In this document: positions 1-10,140 of the stretch, piece by piece
Layout of the letters: each line of letters opens with the position of its first letter
How positions within the stretch are numbered: position 1 is the stretch's first letter
Source: a virus
Virus record (IMG/VR): IMGVR_UViG_3300032954_000005
Span: 1-64,000 of that record
Length of the DNA stretch: 64,000 bases
Direction: 5' to 3' (one strand)
Translations under genes and position numbers: made by a program
The notes under the pieces: generated by a model
Told to the model about the DNA's origin: nothing
Database searches by the model: none
Seen by the model: the letters and a program-made list of their open reading frames with translations, nothing else

Positions 1-1966
1 TAAGTGGCCCTGGTTGTTTTCCCTTTTCAGTGACAGCATAACCCCTTGGTGATTCTGTTATTTGGAAGTTTTTTGTCTGAAAAAAGGGCTTATTTGTACT
101 GCTACCAGAAGTAAACTCCCCGCCCTCGTTGCGCGGGTGCTCCTCTTCCTTAAACTCCGCGTCACGGGTCGCGCGGCGCCACAGCGCCTGGAACAAGGGA
201 CGCAGGCCGCGCGCCACGGCGCGTCGATCGTCCTGGGTTTTGCGCGCCCTGCGATCCGCGTGGCTTGCCAACGCCGCGCCCAGCGCGCGCAGGCCCGCGT
301 CCCTTGTCTCGGGCGCCGGGGCGGTCGACGTCCACAGCCGTCTGACCGTCGCGCGCACCGCGTCCGTCACCGAGCGCTGCGCCTCCAGCTCTTCGGGAGC
401 TGCCTCGGGCTCAATGTTTTCCTCCGCGCCCTCGCCGGGCGGGAGCTGAAGCGGCTCCTCGCTCCCGGCGCCCAGCAGGCCCTCCATCCCGGGCTGCGCG
501 ATGTCGTTCGTCGCCTCAGCAATGTCCTCGTCGGTGATGTTCGTGCCGAAGCCCGTCACGTCAGCCGCCTGCTTAATCTCCTGGAGGCACGTCCGGCGGC
601 CGATGATACCCGCGTTGAACAGCGCCGTCACGGATGCTGTCATGCCGTTCGCCAGCTCCGCCATCTCCTTGTTTGTCAAGGTCCGCGTCGGAAGCCAGCG
701 GTAGTCAAAGTCGTCGGGAATCTCCCCCAGGGTCGACATCGCGATCACCGGCAGCAGCTTGTCGAGCTGCGGCGAAACCTCCCGCGCCTGCTTCGACGCC
801 AGCAGCCCGTGGTAGAGGTACTCGTCCCCCTCGTTCGACTGGCTCAGGCCCGTGGGCGTGCGCCCAAACAGGCGGCTGAACGGGTACTCGGTCGCGCCGC
901 AGATGTCGAGCATGAACGACTGGTACACGTCGTTGATCCCCGGGAAGCTGTACTGGTGAGTCTCCAGCCCGCCCTTCTCAGGAAGTATCAGCATGCTCTG
1001 GTTTGAGATCAGCTGGTTCTGCACCTGGAGCGCCGCCATCAGGCGCTGCGTCGCGAGGCCCGATGACCCAGCCCCCGCGAGGAGCTGCGCCAGGTCAGGC
1101 TGCTTGTAGGCCAGGATGTTCGCCCGGAAGATAAGGTTCGCGATGTTCCAGCTCGTGTTATCCCGCTTGCGCAGCTCCTCGTAGATGATCTCGTAGACCG
1201 AAATCCCCCACATCTGCTCGACCTGCTTCTCCCAGTTCGGGAGGTCGCCGCCGATGAACCGCAGGATGCGCGAGCAGTGCACGTTGAACGTTCTAGTCGG
1301 GGACTGCGTCGTGACCTGGTAAAACTCAGGGAGCCCGAAGTCAGCGCAGTTCTCCACGTCGTCCACGCGCTTCGCCCCCGGGTAGATCCCGCTCCAGCGG
1401 TCGAACACCAGGAGCCCGCGGTACGTGTCGAGGCCCACGTCGTCGTAGTCCAGCGGCTGGTCGAGGATCTCCTCGTGCCCCTTGATGATGATCAGCGCCG
1501 CCGCCCCGCCGAACAGGCGCCCCCACTTCAGCGCCCGCAGCAGCGCCGCGTTGGTCTGCGTCTTTCGAAGAACCTTATCAAACTTGTCGATCTGCTGCGG
1601 CGTCGCACCGCTGGTCAGCGCGTAGCCGTTCTTCAGCATGTCCTCGGCCATGCAGTCCACGATCTTCCGCGCGATCCAGTTCGACCGGTAGAGCGACTGC
1701 ATCAGCACGTAGTTGCGCGTCAGCCGCGTCAGCGGGTAGGCCGTCGACTCCAGGAGCGACGGCGTGCCGAGCCCCATGCGCGCCAGCGTATTGACGAAGG
1801 CGTCGAGCGTCTGCGCGTCGACCGTGTTCAACGGCTGCGATCGCGTCAGCGAGGGCGCGACCTGCCGCGCTACGCGCGCATCGAGGGCCGCCGCGTCCTC
1901 CAGCAGACGCTGCGCCTCCGACGCATCCACGGTCGGAACGTCCGCCAGCATGATCCGATTATCCAT
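1..1966 (-). CDS. Phage portal protein (DUF1073-like) with C-terminal extension; 3' end outside window
   Basis: Not in the ORF track; translated by hand from ATG 1966: DAFVNTLARMGLGTPSLLESTAYPLTRLTRNYVLMQSLYRSNWIARKIVDCMAEDMLKNG, typical of DUF1073 portals. The same frame is open at the window edge (...DAEFKEEEHPRNEGGEFTSG...). Confidence 0.85.
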   Translation of the reverse strand, partial: MDNRIMLADVPTVDASEAQRLLEDAAALDARVARQVAPSLTRSQPLNTVDAQTLDAFVNTLARMGLGTPSLLESTAYPLTRLTRNYVLMQSLYRSNWIARKIVDCMAEDMLKNGYALTSGATPQQIDKFDKVLRKTQTNAALLRALKWGRLFGGAAALIIIKGHEEILDQPLDYDDVGLDTYRGLLVFDRWSGIYPGAKRVDDVENCADFGLPEFYQVTTQSPTRTFNVHCSRILRFIGGDLPNWEKQVEQMWGISVYEIIYEELRKRDNTSWNIANLIFRANILAYKQPDLAQLLAGAGSSGLATQRLMAALQVQNQLISNQSMLILPEKGGLETHQYSFPGINDVYQSFMLDICGATEYPFSRLFGRTPTGLSQSNEGDEYLYHGLLASKQAREVSPQLDKLLPVIAMSTLGEIPDDFDYRWLPTRTLTNKEMAELANGMTASVTALFNAGIIGRRTCLQEIKQAADVTGFGTNITDEDIAEATNDIAQPGMEGLLGAGSEEPLQLPPGEGAEENIEPEAAPEELEAQRSVTDAVRATVRRLWTSTAPAPETRDAGLRALGAALASHADRRARKTQDDRRAVARGLRPLFQALWRRATRDAEFKEEEHPRNEGGEFTSGSSTNKPFFQTKNFQITESPRGYAVTEKGKQPGPL

Positions 1967-2300
1967 TTCGCACCGTCACCGTCGCCTTCTCCTCCCAGTG
2001 CGCCACGCCGGCGCTCGTGCTGTTCGCGTCCACCACCAGCGTGTAGTTCGCACCCAGGGTCGTCGCGAGGTCCGTACCCAGCACCACCGTCTGGTATACT
2101 CCTGCCCCCTCGTGTACGAGAACGACGCCCGTCAGCCCCGCCACGGGTGCGCCGCCGTAGCCGTTCACGCGCCCCTGGTAGAGCGTCGCGGTGACCAAGG
2201 CGTCCGTCACCGGGTCACCCGTCACCCCGTTCACCACCGGCCCCCACTGAAGTGTCTGGTCGTTCCCCAGGGTAAACACGAACGTGAACGGCAGGATCAT
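1959..2300 (-). CDS. Hypothetical beta-rich virion-associated protein
   Basis: 113 aa ORF overlapping both neighbours. Confidence 0.6.
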   Translation of the reverse strand: MILPFTFVFTLGNDQTLQWGPVVNGVTGDPVTDALVTATLYQGRVNGYGGAPVAGLTGVVLVHEGAGVYQTVVLGTDLATTLGANYTLVVDANSTSAGVAHWEEKATVTVRNG

Positions 2301-2665
2301 GCTGACACCCCCGCTCCCTGGGCGATCAGGTTCGGAACCAGGCTCGCCCGCGCGCAGACGAGGCAGTTGATCTCCCGCATCTCAAACGCGTAGTCGGCAC
2401 CGCGAACGTAAACGTTCCACCCCTGGTCGTTCTGGTCGCGCAGCCTCACCCCGATGGGCTGGTCGGTGAAGGCGACCGGCGAGTTGAAGAACGTGCCGTC
2501 GTCGTTCACCCCCACCTGCCACGCGAGGCTCACGCCGTCGCTCAGCTCGAGGGTGATCGCCACCCCCGCCGCGGGAGTGGCGTTCAACGCCGGGGTCCCG
2601 TCCGCGGCCACGTACACCGTGACCGCCCAAACGGTTAAGTTCTCCGACCTAAGGTAGAGGCTCAT
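2297..2665 (-). CDS. Hypothetical protein
   Basis: 122 aa ORF, stop/start overlaps with neighbours. Confidence 0.6.
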   Translation of the reverse strand: MSLYLRSENLTVWAVTVYVAADGTPALNATPAAGVAITLELSDGVSLAWQVGVNDDGTFFNSPVAFTDQPIGVRLRDQNDQGWNVYVRGADYAFEMREINCLVCARASLVPNLIAQGAGVSA

Positions 2666-5600
2666 CAGTGAACGATCGCGCTGTTAAACCTACCGCTGTT
2701 GATGGTTTTGACCACGTTCGACGTGGCGAACGTGTAGAGCGCCCCAAAGTTCGAGTTACACCGCTCCTGGCTGACGATACCCGCGTCGCTCTCCGACCGC
2801 GGCGCGGCGTAGTAGGTCACGCCCGCGCCCGCGTTGTTGATCACCACCACGTGCTGCCACGTCCAGTCGTTGACCTTCGTGTTCAACGTCGAGTCGAGCG
2901 AGAGCTGCGCACAGTTGTTCGGGTCCGTCCCGTACGCCACCCAGTTATGCGGCGCCGACTCCGGGGTAAGCCAGGTGAACGTGCACCCCACGGAGTTACA
3001 GTTTGAAATCACGGGAGTCCCCACCCGCGCTCCCCCGGAGACGTTGAAGTTAAACGGGTACGTCGCGTCCCCCACGGTCGAGGCGATCGTGCACGGCCAC
3101 GCCTCCCCGCTGTTGCACGGGTTCGAGTCCTGGAACACCCCGTAGGGCGCGTACACGTGCCCGTTGACGGTCGTGACGCGCGCCCCGTTGCGCACCTGAA
3201 GGTAGTCGTAGTAGTTCCGCTGCTGCCCCAGCGCCTTAGGCGCGTACACGCTCGACGGGCTGTTGAAGGCGTTCCCAAATACCAGGTCCCCGCGCGTGCG
3301 GTACGTCGCGTTCGAGGTCAGCGCGTACAGCCACGCGAACGGGGTCGCGTTCAGCAGGTTCAGCTCGGTCGTCGTGTAGTCGAACGGCATGAACGGCGGA
3401 AAACTCGCCCCCGTGTAAAGAAAAGCCGCCGGGTCGCCCGCGTTGTAGCCCGTTGACCCGCAAACCGCCCCCGGTGTCGTGCACCACTCGTGCGCCCACG
3501 ACCAGTCCAGGTACGCCTTCACCGCCGTGGGAATCTCAGGGTGATAACGGTTGAATAGTAGCTCCTTGTTGTAGTAGTTGATCAGCGACTCCACCAGGAG
3601 GCCGTTGTACAGCGTCTTCGCCGCCGTCCCCAGCACGAAGCTGTTCGACTGGTAGTCCACGTCCGCGTAGCTGCGAAGGTTAATCGCCTCTTCTAAAATA
3701 GCCAGCTGCGAGTCGACCCGCGTCTTCTCCATGACGTCAGTAGTGCCGTTGATAAGGTCGCCGGCGTCGGAGTACTGCAGCATGTCGCTCACGAACCGCA
3801 CGTCAAACCCGTCCGCCACCACAGCGTACTTGTAAGCGTTGGGAAGCGCCGCCCCTGTGCTTGTGTAGAACTGCGCGAGAGCGTTCGCGTCGTTCGCCAC
3901 CACGGCGCTTCCCCCGCCGCACCCGGCCTGCGTGCTCCCCTTGCACTTCAGGTCGTTCGTGCGGTAGTAGTCCATCAGCATCGAAAAGTTCGTCGTCGCC
4001 GACCACTGCTGAAGATAGTTAGGGGACACCTGTAAAAAATTCCGAAACGGGTCTAGGTTCGCCTGCGCGCACTTGTAGTGCATCTGCGATGTTCCCACGT
4101 TGAAGTAGCTGGTGCCGTTCGCGTCGCTTACCGTCGACCCCCACGCCGTCGCCGACGCCCAGCTGGGCGCCGTCCCCGCGGAGGTCGACGCGCCGTTGAT
4201 TCCCCCGATCGCTCCCCCGCCCGTGGGAAACGTGTAGTAAACGTAGCCCCCACTGTTCCCCGTCACGGGCTTGATAAGCGTCCCGTACGGGTACGCGTGG
4301 TTCGCCTGCCAGTCCATCGCGACCGCCCCTACGAGGTCCCCCTGGCCAAGCTCCTCGCGCGAGCCATCGTAGTAGTAGAGCCCGACGTTCGACGCCGGGT
4401 AGGCTCCGTTGTCCAGCACGCCCTGTGAGTAACGCCACAGCTGCCCCACGTTCGTCGCAGCGCAGTAGTCCCAGGAAAAGTAGCCCATGAACCCCTGGGA
4501 GTTCACCTGGTTGTTGATCGCAGGAAACGAGGTCGCCTTCATCTCCGAAAAGGTCGGCGATGCCAGCACGGTAAACGCGTAGTTCGCCGCCGCGCCTGCG
4601 CCCACATCGACACCTCCCGTGATCCCCTGCATCGTAAGCTTAAACGTGTACGCGCCGGGTGTCGTCGTCCCGCTCGTCGTCTTTACCCAGACAAAGTTCT
4701 GCGTCGTGTAGCTCGGCGTTCCCGTCCCGTTGTCGAACGAGTCGAGCCCCACCTGGTAGTCAGCCGCGTAGTCGCACGGAGCGGTGGGCCCGCAGGACGT
4801 GGCGGTGTAAAGGTAATCCGTCGATGGGGACCCCGACTGGTAGCTGAGCAGGCTCGTAACAACCCAGAACGAAACGCCGTCCACGCAGCTCCCGCCGTGG
4901 GTGGTCAAGGCGCACGTGTGGTCCGACCCATCGTTGAGAATCGCCTGCTTCAGGTAGATCTGGCTCGTGGCGACACCCGCCACCTTCGCGGTCGCCAGCT
5001 GAATTGGAAACGCGTGCCCCAGGTAAACGCTGGGAGGACCAAACGTGTAGAGCCTCAGGTCGTAGGAGCCCGCCGGGTTCGCCTCCACGGGGGTCAGCGG
5101 CATGAGCATTCCGCCCCCGCCCACGATGTCCACCAGGTGCCCGAGGGTCGCGTAACCACCCGTGTCCGTGCGGATGGACGCCACCCAGAAGCCCCACACC
5201 TGGTCGAACGCGCTGTTGTACGCATCCACCAGGGGGAACACCTTCTTAACCTTCACCGCGTGCGTGGTCACCGAGTCCCCCGCCGCTCCGGTCAACGGGC
5301 ACGGGTCGACGACGGCGCAGGCCCAGCGCTCCGGGTTGATCCCCAGGCTGTTGTAGATGTTCCGCGACATCACCACGCGTGAGTCGGAGGCGTGCGCCGA
5401 CCGCCAGCCCACGCAGACCTCGGTCGCGTCCGCGGGCGCGCAGCCCGTGATCGCCTTGTACGTCGAAACGTCGGGCGCCCAGTAGAGCGTCGTGTTCGCC
5501 CCGTACGCCTGCGCCAGCCCGGGCGTGATGGTCAGGGTTACCGGCCCGGCGCCCGTCGCGGTCACGATGCGGTAAAGGTCCGTGTGGTTCGAGTTCTGTG

Positions 5601-5814
5601 ACAGCGTAAACCTGCTCCCCACGGTGGGCGCGTTCGTTCCCGCCTGGATGACAATCGTCGTCGTGCCCGCGTTGTACGACGCCATCAGCATCCAGCCCAC
5701 GGCGCCGTCCTGGTTCGTCAGCTCCACGTTGTTCGTGTTGTTAAGGTCCTGCGCCCAGGCGCAGCCCATGCTCAGCAACAGAACCCCGAATGTCGCCGTT
5801 AAACGTAAGCGCAT
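2665..5814 (-). CDS. Large signal-peptide protein; possible glycan-degrading receptor-binding protein with C-terminal FN3-like domain
   Basis: 1049 aa. N-terminus MRLRLTATFGVLLLSMGCAWAQ; aromatic helical region (PFAWLYALTSNATYRTRGDLVF) suggestive of an alpha/alpha-barrel; many Cys pairs. Confidence 0.6.
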   Translation of the reverse strand: MRLRLTATFGVLLLSMGCAWAQDLNNTNNVELTNQDGAVGWMLMASYNAGTTTIVIQAGTNAPTVGSRFTLSQNSNHTDLYRIVTATGAGPVTLTITPGLAQAYGANTTLYWAPDVSTYKAITGCAPADATEVCVGWRSAHASDSRVVMSRNIYNSLGINPERWACAVVDPCPLTGAAGDSVTTHAVKVKKVFPLVDAYNSAFDQVWGFWVASIRTDTGGYATLGHLVDIVGGGGMLMPLTPVEANPAGSYDLRLYTFGPPSVYLGHAFPIQLATAKVAGVATSQIYLKQAILNDGSDHTCALTTHGGSCVDGVSFWVVTSLLSYQSGSPSTDYLYTATSCGPTAPCDYAADYQVGLDSFDNGTGTPSYTTQNFVWVKTTSGTTTPGAYTFKLTMQGITGGVDVGAGAAANYAFTVLASPTFSEMKATSFPAINNQVNSQGFMGYFSWDYCAATNVGQLWRYSQGVLDNGAYPASNVGLYYYDGSREELGQGDLVGAVAMDWQANHAYPYGTLIKPVTGNSGGYVYYTFPTGGGAIGGINGASTSAGTAPSWASATAWGSTVSDANGTSYFNVGTSQMHYKCAQANLDPFRNFLQVSPNYLQQWSATTNFSMLMDYYRTNDLKCKGSTQAGCGGGSAVVANDANALAQFYTSTGAALPNAYKYAVVADGFDVRFVSDMLQYSDAGDLINGTTDVMEKTRVDSQLAILEEAINLRSYADVDYQSNSFVLGTAAKTLYNGLLVESLINYYNKELLFNRYHPEIPTAVKAYLDWSWAHEWCTTPGAVCGSTGYNAGDPAAFLYTGASFPPFMPFDYTTTELNLLNATPFAWLYALTSNATYRTRGDLVFGNAFNSPSSVYAPKALGQQRNYYDYLQVRNGARVTTVNGHVYAPYGVFQDSNPCNSGEAWPCTIASTVGDATYPFNFNVSGGARVGTPVISNCNSVGCTFTWLTPESAPHNWVAYGTDPNNCAQLSLDSTLNTKVNDWTWQHVVVINNAGAGVTYYAAPRSESDAGIVSQERCNSNFGALYTFATSNVVKTINSGRFNSAIVH

Positions 5815-5816
5815 GC

Positions 5817-8800
5817 TCAGTTGACGATTAGGTAGCTAAAGCACGCCGGGTTGGTGGCCGGCGCCGCCACGAGCCCGATCGTAAAGCTTGTTCCCGCCGT
5901 GCGCGCGGTCACCACGGGTGACCCCAGCGTAAGCGGCGACGTGGTATCACAGGTCACGCCCAAACGCGCGCCCAGGCTCTGGTCCTCGGTAAGTAAGATC
6001 TGACTGTTCGCCGTCACGGCGGTCGTGTCCACCACCACCGTCGTCGCGCTCGCCGCAACGACCACGGCGCCACTCGTGGCGGCGCCGCAGACCGCGGGGC
6101 TCCCCGCGCTGGCGCAGTTCGCCGTTTGGTACCCGGTGATCGCCGTATGCGTAAACGTTCCGCCGCTGTACGCGCAGACGTGCGTCGCGTCGCCGCACGG
6201 GCTGGGGATCGCTACCGCCGTCGGCGCCGCTAAGCTTCCCGTGCCGTTCATGACGATCGTGTTTGCGGCCTGCTTCGCAAAGTTCGCCAGCGGAAGCGCG
6301 TTGTACGCAAACAGCGAGTCGGTCCAGGTGCACGTGCTCAGGGTACAAGAAAGGTACATCAGGTCGTTCCCGGCGGGCGCCCCCACCGGGGCGTTGAGAA
6401 TATAGTTGCTCGTCGCCTTCGTCCCGAGGGTCGTCATGCCCCCGCTCGCGCCGTTAAATAACGTCAGCGTTCCCGAGTGCGTTGCGTCCCCCAGGGTCGG
6501 CGTGCGCGTCAGCGCGGGAGTCGTGCCCGCGAGGATCATGCCCGCGGAGCCCGCCACGTCCAGCGTCGTATTCGAGGATGTTCCCCCCACCACGACCGTT
6601 GCGTTCGGACTCGTGATCGTGTCACCACCCGCCCCGGCAGGTGTGTCACAGCCCGTGCCGCCCGAGCCCTGGTAGGGATAGCACTTCGCGCCCACCGCGG
6701 CGACGGCCGACAGTGGGCTCCCGCCTAAAACGTAGCCCGACAACGTCGTCCCCGTGCCCGTGCCGCCCTGGCCTACGGGAAGCGCCGCCGACAGGTGCGT
6801 CGCGTTCACCGTCGGGTTCGGATAACTCCCGCTAAGGTCCCCCGACGCCGCGCCGTTCGGCGGAAGCGCCGTGGGCGGCGCCCCCGCGTCGGTCAGCTGA
6901 ATGATGTTCGTCGAGACGGTCACCCCCACGAGGTCCCCCGTCGTCGGGGGCGTCGCGAACCCCTTGACGATGCTCGACGAGATCGCGCCCGACGCCCAGG
7001 TAGTGAAGGCCCCCGACGCCCCGTTGTACTCTGTCAGCGTCCCGGAGTGCGTTGCGTCCCCCAGGGTCGGCGTGCGCGTCAGCGCGGGAGTCGTGCCCGC
7101 GAGGATCATGCCCGCGGAGCCCGCCACGTCCAGCGTCGTGTTTGTCGGGGTTCCGCCCACGGTCAGGGTGCCATTCGGGGTCGTGATCGTGTCGCCCCCG
7201 CCGCCCCCGCCGCAGCTCTGCTGCGTCCACGTGTTCGTCGAGGAGCACTCGTAGAGGTTACAGCCCGCGGTCGCGTCAGTCGCGAAGTACAGCTGGCTTA
7301 CCGAGCAGGTCGCGGGCCTGCTGGCCGCTAGGCCGTACAGAAACGTATTCTGAAAATCGGAGCTTCCGTCGTTGTTGTGTCCCAGGCCCACCAACGCCGG
7401 GCTGTTGTGGTTCAGCGCGAGCACCGAGCTATCAAGCAGCAGGTTGCCGTAGATGGACTGCGTGCCCACAGAGTTGGCGACGTCAGCACCGCCGCTGTCC
7501 CCGTTCCGGGTCGATGCCGGGTCCACGTTGGTTACGATCGCGGTCGCGCCCCCCGCGGTGTACACGCCCCACGTGTGGTTCCCACCCGAGGGCGTCAGGT
7601 TCCAGTACGGGTGATCCACCTTGAGAACGGCCGTCGAGGCCGATGACGGGCAGCCCGCCTGGTTCATCTGGTACGCGTGGGAGCCGGTGACCGCCCCGGT
7701 GTTGATCGACGTGATTCCGGTAAAGCTGTACACGCTGTTGTTCGGGTACGCCCCGGTCGAGCAGTCCAGCCCCGCGAACTCGTCATCGTTCGAGACGAAC
7801 GTGCTGTCGCTACCGTACACCGTATTCTGCTGCGTCCCGCCGTTCCGATACACGACCACGTCAGCCTGGCCAACCGCGTACAGGTTCGTAAACTTAAAAT
7901 TTTTCGTCGGGGCCGTGCTGTCGCCGCCGATGGGAGCGGTCAGGCAGCTTGTGGTCGGGGTTATGTAACCCACCCCGTGGGTAAGTAAGTTCGTGGTGCC
8001 GTTCGTGTTCAGCAGGTACGACGACCCACCGCAGGACGCTGATCCCGTCACGATCTGCGCCTGGTAAGGGTTATCGCAGATCGAGTCGACCGTAACGTTT
8101 TTTAAGCCGCTCAGGCTGGGGAGCAGCGCGGAGCCGCAGTCGTACAGCACGGACGCCGGGTTCCCGCAGCTTAACGTAACGGTGTCGCCGCTCGCCAAGG
8201 TTCCGAACGCCATCGCGGTCAAGAGGGCCGTACAGCGGTCGGCGTTCGTGTTCGTGGCCGCGTCGTAAACCGTAGGAGACCCCGTCGCGTGGTAGACGAT
8301 GACCCCGCCGTTCACCAGCCCTGGACCTGCCTGGATCGTGGACGTGGGCCCTGTAGGGGAGGTGATGGTCACGCCACCCGTGCCTACCAGCGTAGTAATT
8401 CCAGCGCCTGCGCTGCCTGAATAAGGGCATTCACCGCCGACGCCCAACAAACAGTGCAGCTTATTGTCGCTTCCCAGGTAAAGCCCGAAGTCGACGCCCC
8501 CGTCCAACGTTGGTGTCCCGGACTGCTTCCAGCCCTCCCACAGGGAGGGCGTCGCGCTCGACCCGACCTGAACGCCCGCGTCGAAGTAGGTCTCCTGCGC
8601 AAAATGCTGGCCCGACGCGTTCAGAAACGCCTTGGAGGCCAGGTCCGCGGGTAGGTTCGTCACCTGACTCTCCGCGATGTTCGCGCTCAGGCCCCCGGCC
8701 GTCCCCGTCGTGCTGGCGGTGTTGTTCGGGATGTCGGCCGACTGTAGCACGGGAAGCTGCGCGTGTGGAAGCGTCCCCGTCGTGAGGTCGGACGCCGACC

Positions 8801-9914
8801 CGGAGGTCGCGACCGCCGTCAGCGCGGGCTTGTTCTTAATAAACGACCCGCCCGACGCGGCGTTCCAGTCAACGTACGCCGCCGCGAGCCCACCCGCCGT
8901 CCCCGTCGTGTTCGCGCCGTTGTTTGGAATGTCCCCCGACTGTAGCGCGGGAAGCTGCGCGTGGGGAAGCGTCCCCGTCGTAAGGTCCGACGCGCTGATT
9001 GTCACGTTCGAGGTCAGCGCGTGCCCGTTGACGGTCAGGCTTGAGGGCACCTTTCCGTTCAGCTGCGTCTGAACGCTCGACGTCGGGTCGAGGTACCCAA
9101 ACGTCGTGGGCGTGACCCCGTCCACCGTCTTGTTCGTCAGCGTCTGCGTGTCGGTCGTTCCCACGATCGCCCCCGCGGGAAGCGTCGGCTTGTTCGCAAT
9201 CGACGCCCCGCCCGAACCAGCGTTCCAGTCGATATACTGGCTGGTGAGCCCGGCGGCCGTCCCGGTGGTCGACTGGTTCCAGGTCGGCGCCTCCGACAGC
9301 TTCAGCTTCGCCGACGCGTCTAGCCCGGCGTACCCTGACGCCGCGTCCTTCGCCGCGACGTTCTCCGGGGTGTAACCAACGTAGGACGACACGCTCGGCA
9401 GGAAGTTCGCGGGGAGCGGGTTCAAGGCGTTGTACGTCGCTCCCCAGGACTGCGACCCCGTGTAGGCCGGGACCCCCGCGTTCGCGGGCCAGGACTGCGA
9501 GCCCGCGCAGGAGATCGAAAACGCCGGAGCGGTGCCTGACACGGTACAGTTGACGAAGTTGAGCGTCCCCGCCGTCGACAGCGTTCCGTAATCGACCCCA
9601 TTGTTCTGGAAACCGATCGACGCGACCCCCGACGACCCGCCGCCAAACAGCGGCTTCCACGTGTAGGTGTTGTCCGTATTTTCCGTACACACCTGCGCCA
9701 CGTCGGCGACCCCCGACCCGCCGCGCACGAAGTTCATAAGACCCGCGTTGGGGTGCGTGTTGTCGCAGTTCGCCGCATAGTTCTTCAGGGTAAGCTGCGT
9801 GAACGTGTTCAGCGCCGTAAAGTTGTTCGCGCCCTCGCGCACCGCCGTCGTGTAGGTCTGGGCGAGGGCCAGAAGGGGCAGCCAAAGGAGCAGCAGGGTA
9901 AGCTTCGTCTTCAT
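5817..9914 (-). CDS. Long tail fibre-like protein with signal peptide
   Basis: Likely start ATG 9914 (MKTKLTLLLLWLPLLALAQ). G/T/S/A-rich, with fibre motifs (GTTDTQTLTNKT, ASGDLSGSYPNPTV) and internal repeats. Confidence 0.75.
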   Translation of the reverse strand: MKTKLTLLLLWLPLLALAQTYTTAVREGANNFTALNTFTQLTLKNYAANCDNTHPNAGLMNFVRGGSGVADVAQVCTENTDNTYTWKPLFGGGSSGVASIGFQNNGVDYGTLSTAGTLNFVNCTVSGTAPAFSISCAGSQSWPANAGVPAYTGSQSWGATYNALNPLPANFLPSVSSYVGYTPENVAAKDAASGYAGLDASAKLKLSEAPTWNQSTTGTAAGLTSQYIDWNAGSGGASIANKPTLPAGAIVGTTDTQTLTNKTVDGVTPTTFGYLDPTSSVQTQLNGKVPSSLTVNGHALTSNVTISASDLTTGTLPHAQLPALQSGDIPNNGANTTGTAGGLAAAYVDWNAASGGSFIKNKPALTAVATSGSASDLTTGTLPHAQLPVLQSADIPNNTASTTGTAGGLSANIAESQVTNLPADLASKAFLNASGQHFAQETYFDAGVQVGSSATPSLWEGWKQSGTPTLDGGVDFGLYLGSDNKLHCLLGVGGECPYSGSAGAGITTLVGTGGVTITSPTGPTSTIQAGPGLVNGGVIVYHATGSPTVYDAATNTNADRCTALLTAMAFGTLASGDTVTLSCGNPASVLYDCGSALLPSLSGLKNVTVDSICDNPYQAQIVTGSASCGGSSYLLNTNGTTNLLTHGVGYITPTTSCLTAPIGGDSTAPTKNFKFTNLYAVGQADVVVYRNGGTQQNTVYGSDSTFVSNDDEFAGLDCSTGAYPNNSVYSFTGITSINTGAVTGSHAYQMNQAGCPSSASTAVLKVDHPYWNLTPSGGNHTWGVYTAGGATAIVTNVDPASTRNGDSGGADVANSVGTQSIYGNLLLDSSVLALNHNSPALVGLGHNNDGSSDFQNTFLYGLAASRPATCSVSQLYFATDATAGCNLYECSSTNTWTQQSCGGGGGGDTITTPNGTLTVGGTPTNTTLDVAGSAGMILAGTTPALTRTPTLGDATHSGTLTEYNGASGAFTTWASGAISSSIVKGFATPPTTGDLVGVTVSTNIIQLTDAGAPPTALPPNGAASGDLSGSYPNPTVNATHLSAALPVGQGGTGTGTTLSGYVLGGSPLSAVAAVGAKCYPYQGSGGTGCDTPAGAGGDTITSPNATVVVGGTSSNTTLDVAGSAGMILAGTTPALTRTPTLGDATHSGTLTLFNGASGGMTTLGTKATSNYILNAPVGAPAGNDLMYLSCTLSTCTWTDSLFAYNALPLANFAKQAANTIVMNGTGSLAAPTAVAIPSPCGDATHVCAYSGGTFTHTAITGYQTANCASAGSPAVCGAATSGAVVVAASATTVVVDTTAVTANSQILLTEDQSLGARLGVTCDTTSPLTLGSPVVTARTAGTSFTIGLVAAPATNPACFSYLIVN
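6463..7196. repeat. Intragenic direct repeat of about 165 bp (6463-6626 and 7033-7196)
   Basis: Near-identical DNA encoding GDTIT.PN.T..VGGT..NTTLDVAGSAGMILAGTTPALTRTPTLGDATHSGTLT twice, offset 570 bp. Confidence 0.9.
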
Positions 9915-9918
9915 CTTT

Positions 9919-10140
9919 TTAAGGTATGCACACCTTGTACTCACACGGCCACTGCCAGCCGTGATAGGTTGGGTGGTCCGCGTTGTCCGAGTAGCCCGAC
10001 GCACCCACCGCAACTCCTGGCGAGCCGTCCGGCTTCTGAAACAGGACGTTATTTCCGCTGAAGCCCGTTACGATGCCGCCGATCGCCGTAGGAACGAAGA
10101 TGTCGCCTACCTGGATTTCGCGTCCGTTGAGGTCTGTCAT
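9919..10140 (-). CDS. Hypothetical protein
   Basis: 73 aa ORF overlapping the upstream stop. Confidence 0.55.
   Translation of the reverse strand: MTDLNGREIQVGDIFVPTAIGGIVTGFSGNNVLFQKPDGSPGVAVGASGYSDNADHPTYHGWQWPCEYKVCIP

Noticed and set aside
62-2393. Long plus-strand ORFs (62-1006, 1277-2194, 1764-2393)
   Set aside because: Antisense shadows of the minus-strand portal and neighbouring genes in GC-rich DNA; Arg-rich with no motifs
6463-7196. Fibre repeats as a diversity-generating retroelement TR/VR pair
   Set aside because: Both copies are in frame within one gene, differences are not adenine-specific, and no reverse transcriptase is present in the window
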